Program-made: the position numbers and the translations under genes
Notes under the pieces: model-generated
Database searches by the model: none
The model's input: only the letters and a program-made list of their open reading frames with translations
What the model was told of the DNA's origin: nothing
Shown here: positions 1 through 8,376 of the stretch, in pieces
Layout: every line of letters starts with the position of its first letter
How positions within the stretch are numbered: position 1 is the first letter of the stretch
NCBI GenBank assembly: GCA_030592575.1
Contig: JAUVIV010000003.1
Coordinates: 1 to 56,100 of the forward strand
Length of the DNA stretch: 56,100 nucleotides
Direction of reading: 5' to 3'
From: a bacterium
Lineage (GTDB): Bacteria; Hydrothermota; UBA3073; JACQXS01

Positions 1-2
1 GA

Positions 3-1889
3 ATGTATAGGAAAGTGAAGATAGATAACAGTGGAGGCACTATTACCAATTGTATGCTGGACAGTGTATATATCTGGCTTGAGAACTCATCTCCTACTAT
101 TACGAATAATGTGATTACAGGGAATGGCACAGCTATTAGTTGTCAGAGTGATGCCAATCCTATTATCAATTACAATGACATTTTTAATAACTCGCACTAT
201 GGTGTCTACAATGCCAGTGCCAGTGTTACAATCAATGCTGAAAACAACTGGTGGGGAGCATCGATAGGTCCTTTTCATTCAAGTAATCCCAGCGGGACAG
301 GGGATTCAGTTTCTGATTATGTTGACTTCGACCCTTGGTCGTCAGTCCCAAACAATATAAATCCAGGCAATATAACGTTAGACGATATAGCTATAACTGA
401 CAACTTCATTGCTATCAGTGAGAATGAGAAGCACGGTATATTTCAAAGAATATTCGATGCTGTTATGGGATTTTCCGGTCCCAGTACTGGAACTGATGTG
501 GATATATATCTGACATTTTCTGATAACTCAAACATCAAATCTATTACAGGTTATTTTGAGGCAATTGATCCGGCAATTACCTTAAATCCAGAGCATCAGT
601 TTAGCAAACAACCAAACGGCAAGTATAGATGTCAGTTTAAAACTCTAAATCTTTCACAAATGACAATTGAGATAATCAAAAAGATACTGTTGTATTCTAT
701 TCATACTCTTGGTACTGGTGGTTTGCCAGTTGACATCGAATTCATAAGTCCCAGGATGAAGTTACACAAGGTCACTGTCGAATTCATAATAGGTAATGAC
801 CAAGTCCTTACCGTGGATGAAGAATTGCCGAGATTTAACAAGAGTCTTTCAACTCAGATTAATGATTTTTGGTGTAGTGGATTATTTAACTATGACTGTG
901 GTATCTATGCGGCTTGTCCTGTTGATTTTTGTGTTGTAGACCCATCAGGCAATAGACTCGGAAAGTGGAATGGTCAAGAATACCATAATATTCCTTACTC
1001 AATATATTCAGATACCACTGAACCAGAATTGTGTGTTATATTGGGAGATAGTACCTATAATACAGTTTTTCAATCAACTTCTAGTGGACAGGACTCTTTC
1101 CACCTAATTATTGAGCAGAGTTCCGTTAGGAACCCAAACACAGATAGGAAAGTAACTTTTCCCTCAATAGATATTTGTGATAGTACAGAAGCATATATTG
1201 ATGTAGGGCATACTGTGTCATCTTTCAATTTAGATATAGATTATGACGGTGATACCAGCATAGATACTACTATATCTCCATCTTCTGACTCAACAGGAGA
1301 TTTCACATCACCACCTGCTCCTACTGGATTGATAGCTAGTTCAGATTCTGGAGAAGTCTTTCTTTCATGGAATGCAAATCCTGAAGCTGATGGAGTCAAT
1401 TATTATGTGATATATCGCGATACATTATCACGCCCGATAGACTCTATATCTATTTCTCTTGATACCAACTTTGTAGACTCAACTATCATCTCAGGGAATA
1501 AGCATTATTATAGAATAACAGCAGTTGACAGTTTTGGAAATACAAGTGATTTCTCGCGAGAGGTAGAAATTGATTATGTAGGTATTGACGAAAAAACACT
1601 GGATACACCTATTGTCTATCGCCTGTATCCCAACTATCCCAATCCATTTTTTTCAAAAACCACTATTAAATATGCAATACCACTAAATACAAAAGTATCT
1701 TTGAAAATCTATAACATATCCGGGCAACTTGTTAGAACACTTGTTTTGAGAACAGAAGATCCTGGATATAAGTGTATCCATTGGGATGGATATGATAACA
1801 AGAAAAAGGAAATTGCTGGAGGAATATATTTTTACCGTCTTGAGACCCCAGATTTTGTGGATACAAAGAAATTAATATTACTCAAATGA
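3..1889 (+). CDS. Secreted multidomain protein (beta-helix repeats, FN3, C-terminal FlgD-Ig/T9SS-A-like sorting domain); probably 5'-partial
   Basis: N-rich beta-helix ending AENNWWG; FN3 'PPAPTGL..LSWNAN..YYRITAVD'; CTD 'NYPNPF..LKIYNISGQLVRTL..WDG..GIYFYRL..KKLILLK'; ORF runs to the window edge. Confidence 0.8.
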   Translation: MYRKVKIDNSGGTITNCMLDSVYIWLENSSPTITNNVITGNGTAISCQSDANPIINYNDIFNNSHYGVYNASASVTINAENNWWGASIGPFHSSNPSGTGDSVSDYVDFDPWSSVPNNINPGNITLDDIAITDNFIAISENEKHGIFQRIFDAVMGFSGPSTGTDVDIYLTFSDNSNIKSITGYFEAIDPAITLNPEHQFSKQPNGKYRCQFKTLNLSQMTIEIIKKILLYSIHTLGTGGLPVDIEFISPRMKLHKVTVEFIIGNDQVLTVDEELPRFNKSLSTQINDFWCSGLFNYDCGIYAACPVDFCVVDPSGNRLGKWNGQEYHNIPYSIYSDTTEPELCVILGDSTYNTVFQSTSSGQDSFHLIIEQSSVRNPNTDRKVTFPSIDICDSTEAYIDVGHTVSSFNLDIDYDGDTSIDTTISPSSDSTGDFTSPPAPTGLIASSDSGEVFLSWNANPEADGVNYYVIYRDTLSRPIDSISISLDTNFVDSTIISGNKHYYRITAVDSFGNTSDFSREVEIDYVGIDEKTLDTPIVYRLYPNYPNPFFSKTTIKYAIPLNTKVSLKIYNISGQLVRTLVLRTEDPGYKCIHWDGYDNKKKEIAGGIYFYRLETPDFVDTKKLILLK

Positions 1890-2109
1890 TATGAACAATC
1901 TGTATAACCTTCCTATTTACCTTTAAGGGAAAAGACAAAACTTATCATTGCATACGAACCCCCAAAACGATAATTTTAAATATAATTGAAATAATTCCAA
2001 GAATATGGGAAAGATTTTCAGCTTATTTATTGGTCTTATATTTTTATCTACATCTTTTGTTATTATTAGAAGTTGGATAATTAAAACCATAAGAACAAGA
2101 AAATTCTAT

Positions 2110-2278
2110 ATGGGCAATTTAAGATATATTAGTCGTAATAGTTCAGTTAGAAGATGATGAAGACCTAACTCCAGAGTTCTTGAAAGAGCTAAAAAAGGCA
2201 GAGGAAAATATTGAAAAAGGAAAGGGGATAAAACTTAATTTTAAAAAGGAAGTAGAAGGCTACTTCAATACTATGTAA
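2110..2278 (+). pseudogene. Probable antitoxin upstream of RelE, frameshifted or lacking a start
   Basis: Frame 2123-2278 reads ..EDDEDLTPEFLKELKKAEENIEKGKG..YFNTM* and ends 1 nt before the toxin ATG; ATG at 2110 is 1 nt out of frame. Confidence 0.5.
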
Positions 2279-2279
2279 A

Positions 2280-2540
2280 ATGAAATACAGTTATCACTTT
2301 GACCCAGAATTAGATAAACTTCTAATAAAACTGAAGAAAAAAGATTTTGTATTACATGAGCAAGTGACGAAAAAAGTTTTACAAATTGTAGAGAAACCAG
2401 AATTGTATAAGACATTAAGTTACTTTGGAGGAAAATACAAACGTGTTCATATCGGTCCATTTGTGTTAAGTTTCACTCTTAAAGGAAACGAAGTGTGGTT
2501 CTTAAGTTTAAAACCTCACGATGAAGCTTATAAGAGGTAA
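2280..2540 (+). CDS. Type II TA toxin, RelE/ParE family mRNA interferase
   Basis: 86 aa, basic; 'YKRVHIGPFVLSF' and C-terminal 'HDEAYK' typical of RelE/StbE. Confidence 0.8.
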   Translation: MKYSYHFDPELDKLLIKLKKKDFVLHEQVTKKVLQIVEKPELYKTLSYFGGKYKRVHIGPFVLSFTLKGNEVWFLSLKPHDEAYKR

Positions 2541-2676
2541 CCAATGAGGCAAAAGTTCTGAGAAAGGTATAGGTACAGCTATAGACTTTTTTCTTTTTAT
2601 CACTTCTAATTATATGTAATAGCTCTCTAAAACTATAAAGAGATGCTTAAAGGATTGGAATCGTGTCTACTTTGAA

Positions 2677-3186
2677 TTACTCTCCCTTCCGATCTGGTAT
2701 CTCTTTTTTTCTTTCAGGTATTTCTTTCTTGCTGTTGGGTATTATCGATTTTTCTTTCTCAATTATAGGAGTGTCCTCAAGACGTTCGTAGTCAATCCTT
2801 ATCTTCTGTACCTTATTTACAAAGTTGGATAATGTACGCTCAGCGTTCTTTCTTTCAGAAACATCTGAAAGACGAAGAATAGTCTCTTCTACCAATGTCA
2901 TACATCTTTCAAGGTATTCGTCGTATTTCTCTTTAGATATTATTCCATCTTTGTATCGCATACACATCTCATATAACCATCTATCAAGTAATGCAGCCTT
3001 TTCACTTGCCTCTCTTATCTTTTCTGGAGAAACGTCTACACTTGGCGATATGTCTTTCAAGAACGCCTTAGCAGAGATATGTTTCCCTTGATATTCTATC
3101 AAAGGCTTACATTTGATTCTTGCACAAGAAATCACAAGCACTAAGAGCATTGCTATGACAGACGTAATAACAAAAACTCCCTTCAT
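2677..3186 (-). CDS. Hypothetical lipoprotein
   Basis: SD GGAGGAG before MKGVFVITSVIAMLLVLVISC (lipobox-like); C-terminal KKEIP repeats. Confidence 0.6.
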   Translation of the reverse strand: MKGVFVITSVIAMLLVLVISCARIKCKPLIEYQGKHISAKAFLKDISPSVDVSPEKIREASEKAALLDRWLYEMCMRYKDGIISKEKYDEYLERCMTLVEETILRLSDVSERKNAERTLSNFVNKVQKIRIDYERLEDTPIIEKEKSIIPNSKKEIPERKKEIPDRKGE

Positions 3187-3315
3187 TTTCTCCTCCCCTC
3201 TTTCTTCCTGCAACTTGAAAGTTGCGATTCTTATTAACACGATTTAAAATCGTGCCTACATTTACAAAATCTCTCTTAAACATGCGAAATGCCCTTCTTT
3301 GCCATTTTTACCTTC

Positions 3316-4122
3316 TTATTTGACTGAACCAGCGTCCTTCCTTGGTATTAAAAGTGATATAGGCAAAATACGTTTAGACTCTGAAATTTCAAATTGTAAA
3401 GATTTGCATATTTCTCCTGGTTTTTCTTCACTTTCAAAAGACATGTTCCACAAATCCCCCGGTCCTAAATCAAATTCTATTTGTTTCCCATTATACGTTG
3501 CATTTAGAATCACACCCGTAATTTTTTTCTCTTTTCCATTAAGAATTTGCAGTCCATAAGAATAAACTTTCTCATCAAATCTTGTAAGTGATTCTACTCT
3601 TAATAACTCACTGTATTCAATGGGATAATTTCCTATCGAAAAAGAAGAAATTAAAAGCAGTCCCTTTTTTATTAAGTCAATAGGTACTTCTTCCAGTACC
3701 TTCCAAATAGAGTGGTTCCAAGGTACATATGCATTAGCTTTCTCCGCTATCACAGCAGATCTTGCACTAAAGGGATTACGTCCAGCTAATGCATCCACAT
3801 CTGCAGTAGTATTAACCTTTTGGGGAGACCATAAAGATTGAAGCGTCACATTCGATGGTCTTGTAGGATGAACTATATAATCCACACCTGGTGCTTTCCA
3901 TTTGATGCGCATGTTACAATATACATTGTTTGCATAGCTACCGTTCTCTGCTATGTAATAGTACTCCTTCATCTGTAGACTAAAAAAAGATTGTGGAGAG
4001 ATACGAGAGGTTAAAATCAAGTCGTTAATTGTATTCGGTGGCTTAACAATAATAGCATCATGGTTTTTGTTCGGGTCATTCCATCGTGTAATAATATCTG
4101 GATACTTATTCTTTGCCATCAT
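3316..4122 (-). CDS. Hypothetical protein
   Basis: 268-aa ORF with AAGGAG SD; no recognised motif. Confidence 0.6.
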   Translation of the reverse strand: MMAKNKYPDIITRWNDPNKNHDAIIVKPPNTINDLILTSRISPQSFFSLQMKEYYYIAENGSYANNVYCNMRIKWKAPGVDYIVHPTRPSNVTLQSLWSPQKVNTTADVDALAGRNPFSARSAVIAEKANAYVPWNHSIWKVLEEVPIDLIKKGLLLISSFSIGNYPIEYSELLRVESLTRFDEKVYSYGLQILNGKEKKITGVILNATYNGKQIEFDLGPGDLWNMSFESEEKPGEICKSLQFEISESKRILPISLLIPRKDAGSVK

Positions 4123-4890
4123 TCTCTCCTTTTAAGCCATCTGGCTTATGAGATTAAGCTAACACTCAGATAGGACTTGTCAACCCAAAAATCTAAAAGT
4201 ATATACTGGAGTATAGAAAAGTTTAAATACTACCCATGTTTTTTACTATCATAGAATGATTACAAAACTTGATTCAAGGTGCAAAAAGGCAGTATTCAAC
4301 ATAGAAGATATAGTCAATGAAATGAACTTAAAGCTCAACCACATTATAGAGACTCAAAAAGAAGCAAGATACTCAAGTTATAAAATGTATCCTGAACTTT
4401 ATTATCAAGCGTATCAATAAGTAAGAATTATTTCCACTCAAATATTCAAAGTCTAAAAGACAAACAAGCTCTCCTAAAAGGTTTTTGCGATACCTTGAGG
4501 ATTGAGTACAAAGCTGGAAACAGCCAAAATCGCCGGTTACAGCCTGTCTGACTTGAATGTCAGAGTAAATAAAAGGAAAAATAAAATGCCACAACAATCA
4601 CCAAACAATTAAAGTACACAAAACAGAATTTAGTGGCAATTAGTGCCTTAGTGTTTTCGTGGCGAGAAAAAGGTAAAAATGGTAAGAAGTAGATATATAC
4701 CAGGATGGAGATTTTAATACCTGTGAGGTAAGCAACTATAATTCTCTTTGCAGTTTTTTTCCTTCTCTTTTTTGTTGCAATGATTGTCTCCACAAGTTCA
4801 ATGACAAATCGCAATACTCTGGTATGATGATAGAAAGAAGTGTTGCGCTTACTGATTGAATTCAGTTCCATCAAAAAGTCAAGAAAAAGC

Positions 4891-4918
4891 TTGAATTATA
4901 TATATATTTATTTATACT
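4891..4918 (+). promoter_or_regulatory. Sigma70-like promoter of plsY (probably leaderless)
   Basis: TTGAAT-16 bp-TATACT, 7 nt before ATG 4926; no SD. Confidence 0.5.
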
Positions 4919-4925
4919 ACTCAAA

Positions 4926-5510
4926 ATGACATATTTTATAGCTTTTGTTTTTGGATTTGTGCTTGGGAGTATCCCGTTTGGATATATCCTTGCAAGGGTA
5001 TTCAAAAAAATAGATATAAGAGAACACGGCAGCGGAAATATAGGAACTACAAATGTGATGCGATTCTGCGGAAAACCAATTGGTATAGCGGTTTTTATTT
5101 TTGATGCAAGTAAAGGATTTGTGCCTGCCTTTTTGTCAGTTCAGTGGCTGGGGATGAACCCTGCAATCATTGCAGGGTTGGCAGCATTACTTGGGCATGC
5201 ATTCACTCCGTGGCTTAAATGGAAAGGCGGCAAAGGAGTTGCGACTGGATTGGGAGTTTTTATAGGACTTGCACCTTTATCTGCTTTTAGTGCTTTTTGT
5301 GCATGGATTGTGATTCTTTTGATTTTCAAGTGGGTATCGGTGGCATCAATGGGAGCTGGGGCAGTACTTGCTATTTCTACATTATTGCATTACTGTATTT
5401 CGTCTATATTTTTTTTCGCATTAGTAGTTTGTTTGCTTATAGTGTTTTTTCATCGTTCAAATATCCGACGCCTTCTACGAGGTGAGGAACCAAAAATCGG
5501 TAAGAAATAA
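4926..5510 (+). CDS. plsY: Glycerol-3-phosphate 1-O-acyltransferase PlsY
   Basis: Motifs GSIPFG, DIREHGSGNIGTTN, DASKG, GH, GGKGVAT, HRSNI. Confidence 0.97.
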   Translation: MTYFIAFVFGFVLGSIPFGYILARVFKKIDIREHGSGNIGTTNVMRFCGKPIGIAVFIFDASKGFVPAFLSVQWLGMNPAIIAGLAALLGHAFTPWLKWKGGKGVATGLGVFIGLAPLSAFSAFCAWIVILLIFKWVSVASMGAGAVLAISTLLHYCISSIFFFALVVCLLIVFFHRSNIRRLLRGEEPKIGKK

Positions 5511-5554
5511 CCACGAAGAACACAATGGGTACAAAGAGTAAACCCAATTAGAAC

Positions 5555-5772
5555 ATTTTAATGTTGAGTTGACGCAAATAGTTGTTCTATCTATTTGAGA
5601 TTCTTCACGGAGTTTATCCTGAGGCGAGAATTGAGATTCTTCACTTCGTTCAGAATGACAAGCGAAGGGCTCGGTGTGACAGGGTGGAAATTGTTCAGGG
5701 TGACATTTACCGAAGGGCTCAAAATGACAGAGAGGGAAGAAATGATTATTTATGCCACGCCGAGATTAAAAT
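5555..5772. mobile_element. MITE-like composite repeat (copy 1) with imperfect ~29-bp terminal inverted repeats and nested GTCATTCTGA-type palindromes
   Basis: Ends ATTTTAATGTTGAGTTGACGCAAATAGTT and GATTATTTATGCCACGCCGAGATTAAAAT are shared with 40507-40683; inner 5597-5730 matches 10160-10293 (reverse strand). Confidence 0.75.
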
Positions 5773-5776
5773 CATA

Positions 5777-7981
5777 TTAGAATAAACTTGCCCCGAAAAA
5801 GAATTTTTTCTTTATTTCCGGGAAAATAACAATCTCTGCCTTTTCTATATTGGCTTTTTCTTTTGCAATTTCAATAGCTCGAAGTAACCCGCCAATTTCA
5901 TCTGTCAATCCAATTTTTTTCGCATGAGTGCCGCTCCATATTCTCCCTTGAGCAATTGAATCTACTTTAGCTTTATCAAGTCCTCTTCCTTCTGCTACTT
6001 CGGTAATGAACCAATCATAATACCATTCAATCTCTTGTTCAAATTTTTCCTGCTCCTCTTCGGTAAAATGTCGCAGGGTAGAAAAATAATCAGCATGTTT
6101 GCCTCGCTTAACCGTGTCCCAGCCAATCCCAAATTTATCATAAAGTCCTGTTAATACCGGGTGCACACCAAATACTCCTATTGAGCCAGTGAGTGTAAAT
6201 CTGTCAGCAAGGATTGTATCGGCAAAGCAGGAAATTTCATATCCTCCCGAAGCGGCAACATTACTCATTGAAACAATAACGGGCTTTTCTTTGGCTACTC
6301 TTTTTAATTCTTTGGCGATTATATCAGATGCAAAAGCACTTCCCCCACCAGAATTTACTCTGAGTACGAGTGCACGGATAGATTTATCTTTTCTTATTTT
6401 ATTGAGGAGTTTCGATATTGTTTCAGAACCCATGTATTTGCCTCCGATAATTGGGATTGGATTATATCCACTTTTCCCCGTTGCTATTGAACCTTCTGCT
6501 ATAAGAAGAGCAATTTTGGGTTTATCCTCTTTCCATGTTCTTGTGAGCTCTTTGTTCCCAAGGAATTTTTCCATTGATTCTTGCTTTGAGGATTTACCGG
6601 AAATTTCTTTCAATATATCATCTATTTCGTATTGATAAGCAACTGTATCTATAAGCCCAAAATTCAGAGCTTTTTCGGAGTTAAAAAATACCTCATTGTT
6701 TATAAGTTCAAGAAGTGAGTCAGGTTTCATATTTCTGGATTGTGCAATTTCTCGAACCATAGGTTCCCATATATCATCAAGATAGCACTCAAGTTGTTCG
6801 CGGTCTTCTTCGGACATACTTTCTCGTTCCAACATTTCTCGTGCAGATTTATATTTACCTATATGTGCAATGTCGGTTTCAATTCCAAGTTTTTCCAGAG
6901 TACCTTTTAGATACATTTTATTTGCTGCAAGTCCGGGCAAAACTATACTTCCAAGATGAGGTAAAATTATGTAATCTGCAACGGAAGAAAGATAATAACT
7001 ACTCATAGCATATCCTTCTGAAAAAGTGATAATTTTTTTGCCTGCTTTTTTGATTTTCAGGAGTTCTTGCCTGAGTTCTTCCGCCTGAGCTATGCCAAGA
7101 CTGTAAGGTTTAAGATGAATGAATAAACATTTTACATCTTCTCTTTCTTTTATTACTTCAAGATCGCTCAAAAGGTTGTAAAATCGGGGGGTACTGCTTT
7201 TCTTAAATCCAAGATATTCACTCTTTTCCTGCATTTCAGGGTAAGAACCTTTAAGCGTGAGCTTAACGATTTTCTTTTTCTTATGCATAAAAGTAGGATA
7301 TTGTTCACGAGATAGAATCAAAGATGCTTTTTCGTGCTCAAATTTGGCGTCAGTATTTCCTCCTATTTTCAAATTCCCAAAAGATATATCTGTTCCAAAA
7401 TTTACCTTTAAGTTGTCATTCTGGGTGTTAGTGAAGTTTCCTTTTTGACTCACAGAAAGAGAAAAAATAACTCCATCCAAAGGTTCAACTCCAATTCCAT
7501 ATATTAAATTTTCAAGACTGTCTTTTGCAAATAATGCATCGCAAAAAATTGTAACTCTGTCTGTGCCGGGTTTCAAACTTATACCTCCTCGCATAACAGG
7601 TTTCTCTTCAATAGGAATTACCAACCCAAAACTTACAAATTTCTTTGGTCTGAATATTCCTCCAAGTTTATGTGTAGGAGCGATTCGTGAATTACTCTTA
7701 CCAAAATTGTAGTTATAGCCAAGCCAAAAGGATTTTCCAATATTCATACTGCTTCCTAAAGTAAAAGATGGTTTCTCTTTTTGTTTTAGCTCGATACCAA
7801 ATGCTGAATTTTGAGAAGATAGACCGATTAAATGCCAGTCATTCTCAAATAAATATATACATTCATATCCCTGATTTATCCCAAGTCCGGCCGGATTCAT
7901 AAATAAAGCTTCTCCTCTTCTTGCAGTTGATACGGAACTTCCATCAAAACTTAAGAATATACAAATTATAAGTTGTAGCAT
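5777..7981 (-). CDS. sppA: Signal peptide peptidase SppA (67K type) with an N-terminal beta-barrel-like extension
   Basis: Two S49 domains: GKYKSA (Lys), RVNSGGGS, AASGGY (Ser), TGSIGV, QGRIWSG; first ~230 aa has NPAGL and alternating beta strands. Confidence 0.9.
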   Translation of the reverse strand: MLQLIICIFLSFDGSSVSTARRGEALFMNPAGLGINQGYECIYLFENDWHLIGLSSQNSAFGIELKQKEKPSFTLGSSMNIGKSFWLGYNYNFGKSNSRIAPTHKLGGIFRPKKFVSFGLVIPIEEKPVMRGGISLKPGTDRVTIFCDALFAKDSLENLIYGIGVEPLDGVIFSLSVSQKGNFTNTQNDNLKVNFGTDISFGNLKIGGNTDAKFEHEKASLILSREQYPTFMHKKKKIVKLTLKGSYPEMQEKSEYLGFKKSSTPRFYNLLSDLEVIKEREDVKCLFIHLKPYSLGIAQAEELRQELLKIKKAGKKIITFSEGYAMSSYYLSSVADYIILPHLGSIVLPGLAANKMYLKGTLEKLGIETDIAHIGKYKSAREMLERESMSEEDREQLECYLDDIWEPMVREIAQSRNMKPDSLLELINNEVFFNSEKALNFGLIDTVAYQYEIDDILKEISGKSSKQESMEKFLGNKELTRTWKEDKPKIALLIAEGSIATGKSGYNPIPIIGGKYMGSETISKLLNKIRKDKSIRALVLRVNSGGGSAFASDIIAKELKRVAKEKPVIVSMSNVAASGGYEISCFADTILADRFTLTGSIGVFGVHPVLTGLYDKFGIGWDTVKRGKHADYFSTLRHFTEEEQEKFEQEIEWYYDWFITEVAEGRGLDKAKVDSIAQGRIWSGTHAKKIGLTDEIGGLLRAIEIAKEKANIEKAEIVIFPEIKKKFFFGASLF
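7674..7701. repeat. 28-bp GTAG REP-like palindrome inside sppA
   Basis: GTAGGAGCGATTCGTGAATTACTCTTAC; translated as KSNSRIAPT. Confidence 0.75.
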
Positions 7982-8068
7982 TTATCCTCCTTTTTCCGAT
8001 TTATATCAAGCAAGACAAAAAAGTCAAGAGGAAACAGAGAAAGTAATTAAGTTGAAATAATCCTGAAT

Positions 8069-8352
8069 CACGAAAACACGAAAAGCATTGGCACACAGAT
8101 TTGCACAGATTTGAAAGATTAACACAGAAAAAACAATAAACACGAACTTATCACGAACACCTTTGAACCCTACACAAACAAAGATTTTTCTTTTCTCTGC
8201 GTTCTTTGCGTTTCTGCGGTGATTATCTTGTCTTGTACAAATCTGCGATTATCTGCGTCCATCTGCGGTTGAAAAGTCTTCTCATTTTATAAATTTTCTT
8301 TGTGTCCTTTATGATTCATTTTTTATCTCTTTATCTGTGTTTATCCGTGGTT
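8069..8352. repeat. Intergenic array of degenerate 8-10-bp repeats arranged as inverted arms
   Basis: Left arm CACGAAAACACGAAAA, CACAGATTTGCACAGATT; right arm ATCTGCGATTATCTGCGTCCATCTGCGGTT, ATCTGTGTTTATCCGTGGTT. Confidence 0.7.
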
Positions 8353-8376
8353 AAAAATATATTAAGAGGGCAGGAA

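Noticed and set aside
1890-4200. Integron cassette array or prophage for the TA plus hypothetical genes
   Set aside because: No integrase, attC-like sites or phage genes were recognised.
4373-4874. Minus-strand ORFs of 74 and 104 aa
   Set aside because: No SD or recognisable motif; partly repeat-derived and low complexity.
5582-5785. ORFs 5582-5785 and 5595-5780 (also 10089-10289, 10141-10323, 40521-40736, 42816-43016, 54446-54805)
   Set aside because: Translations of the palindromic repeats (RFFTSFRMT, CHSERSEES, VILNEVKNL); no evidence they are independent genes.
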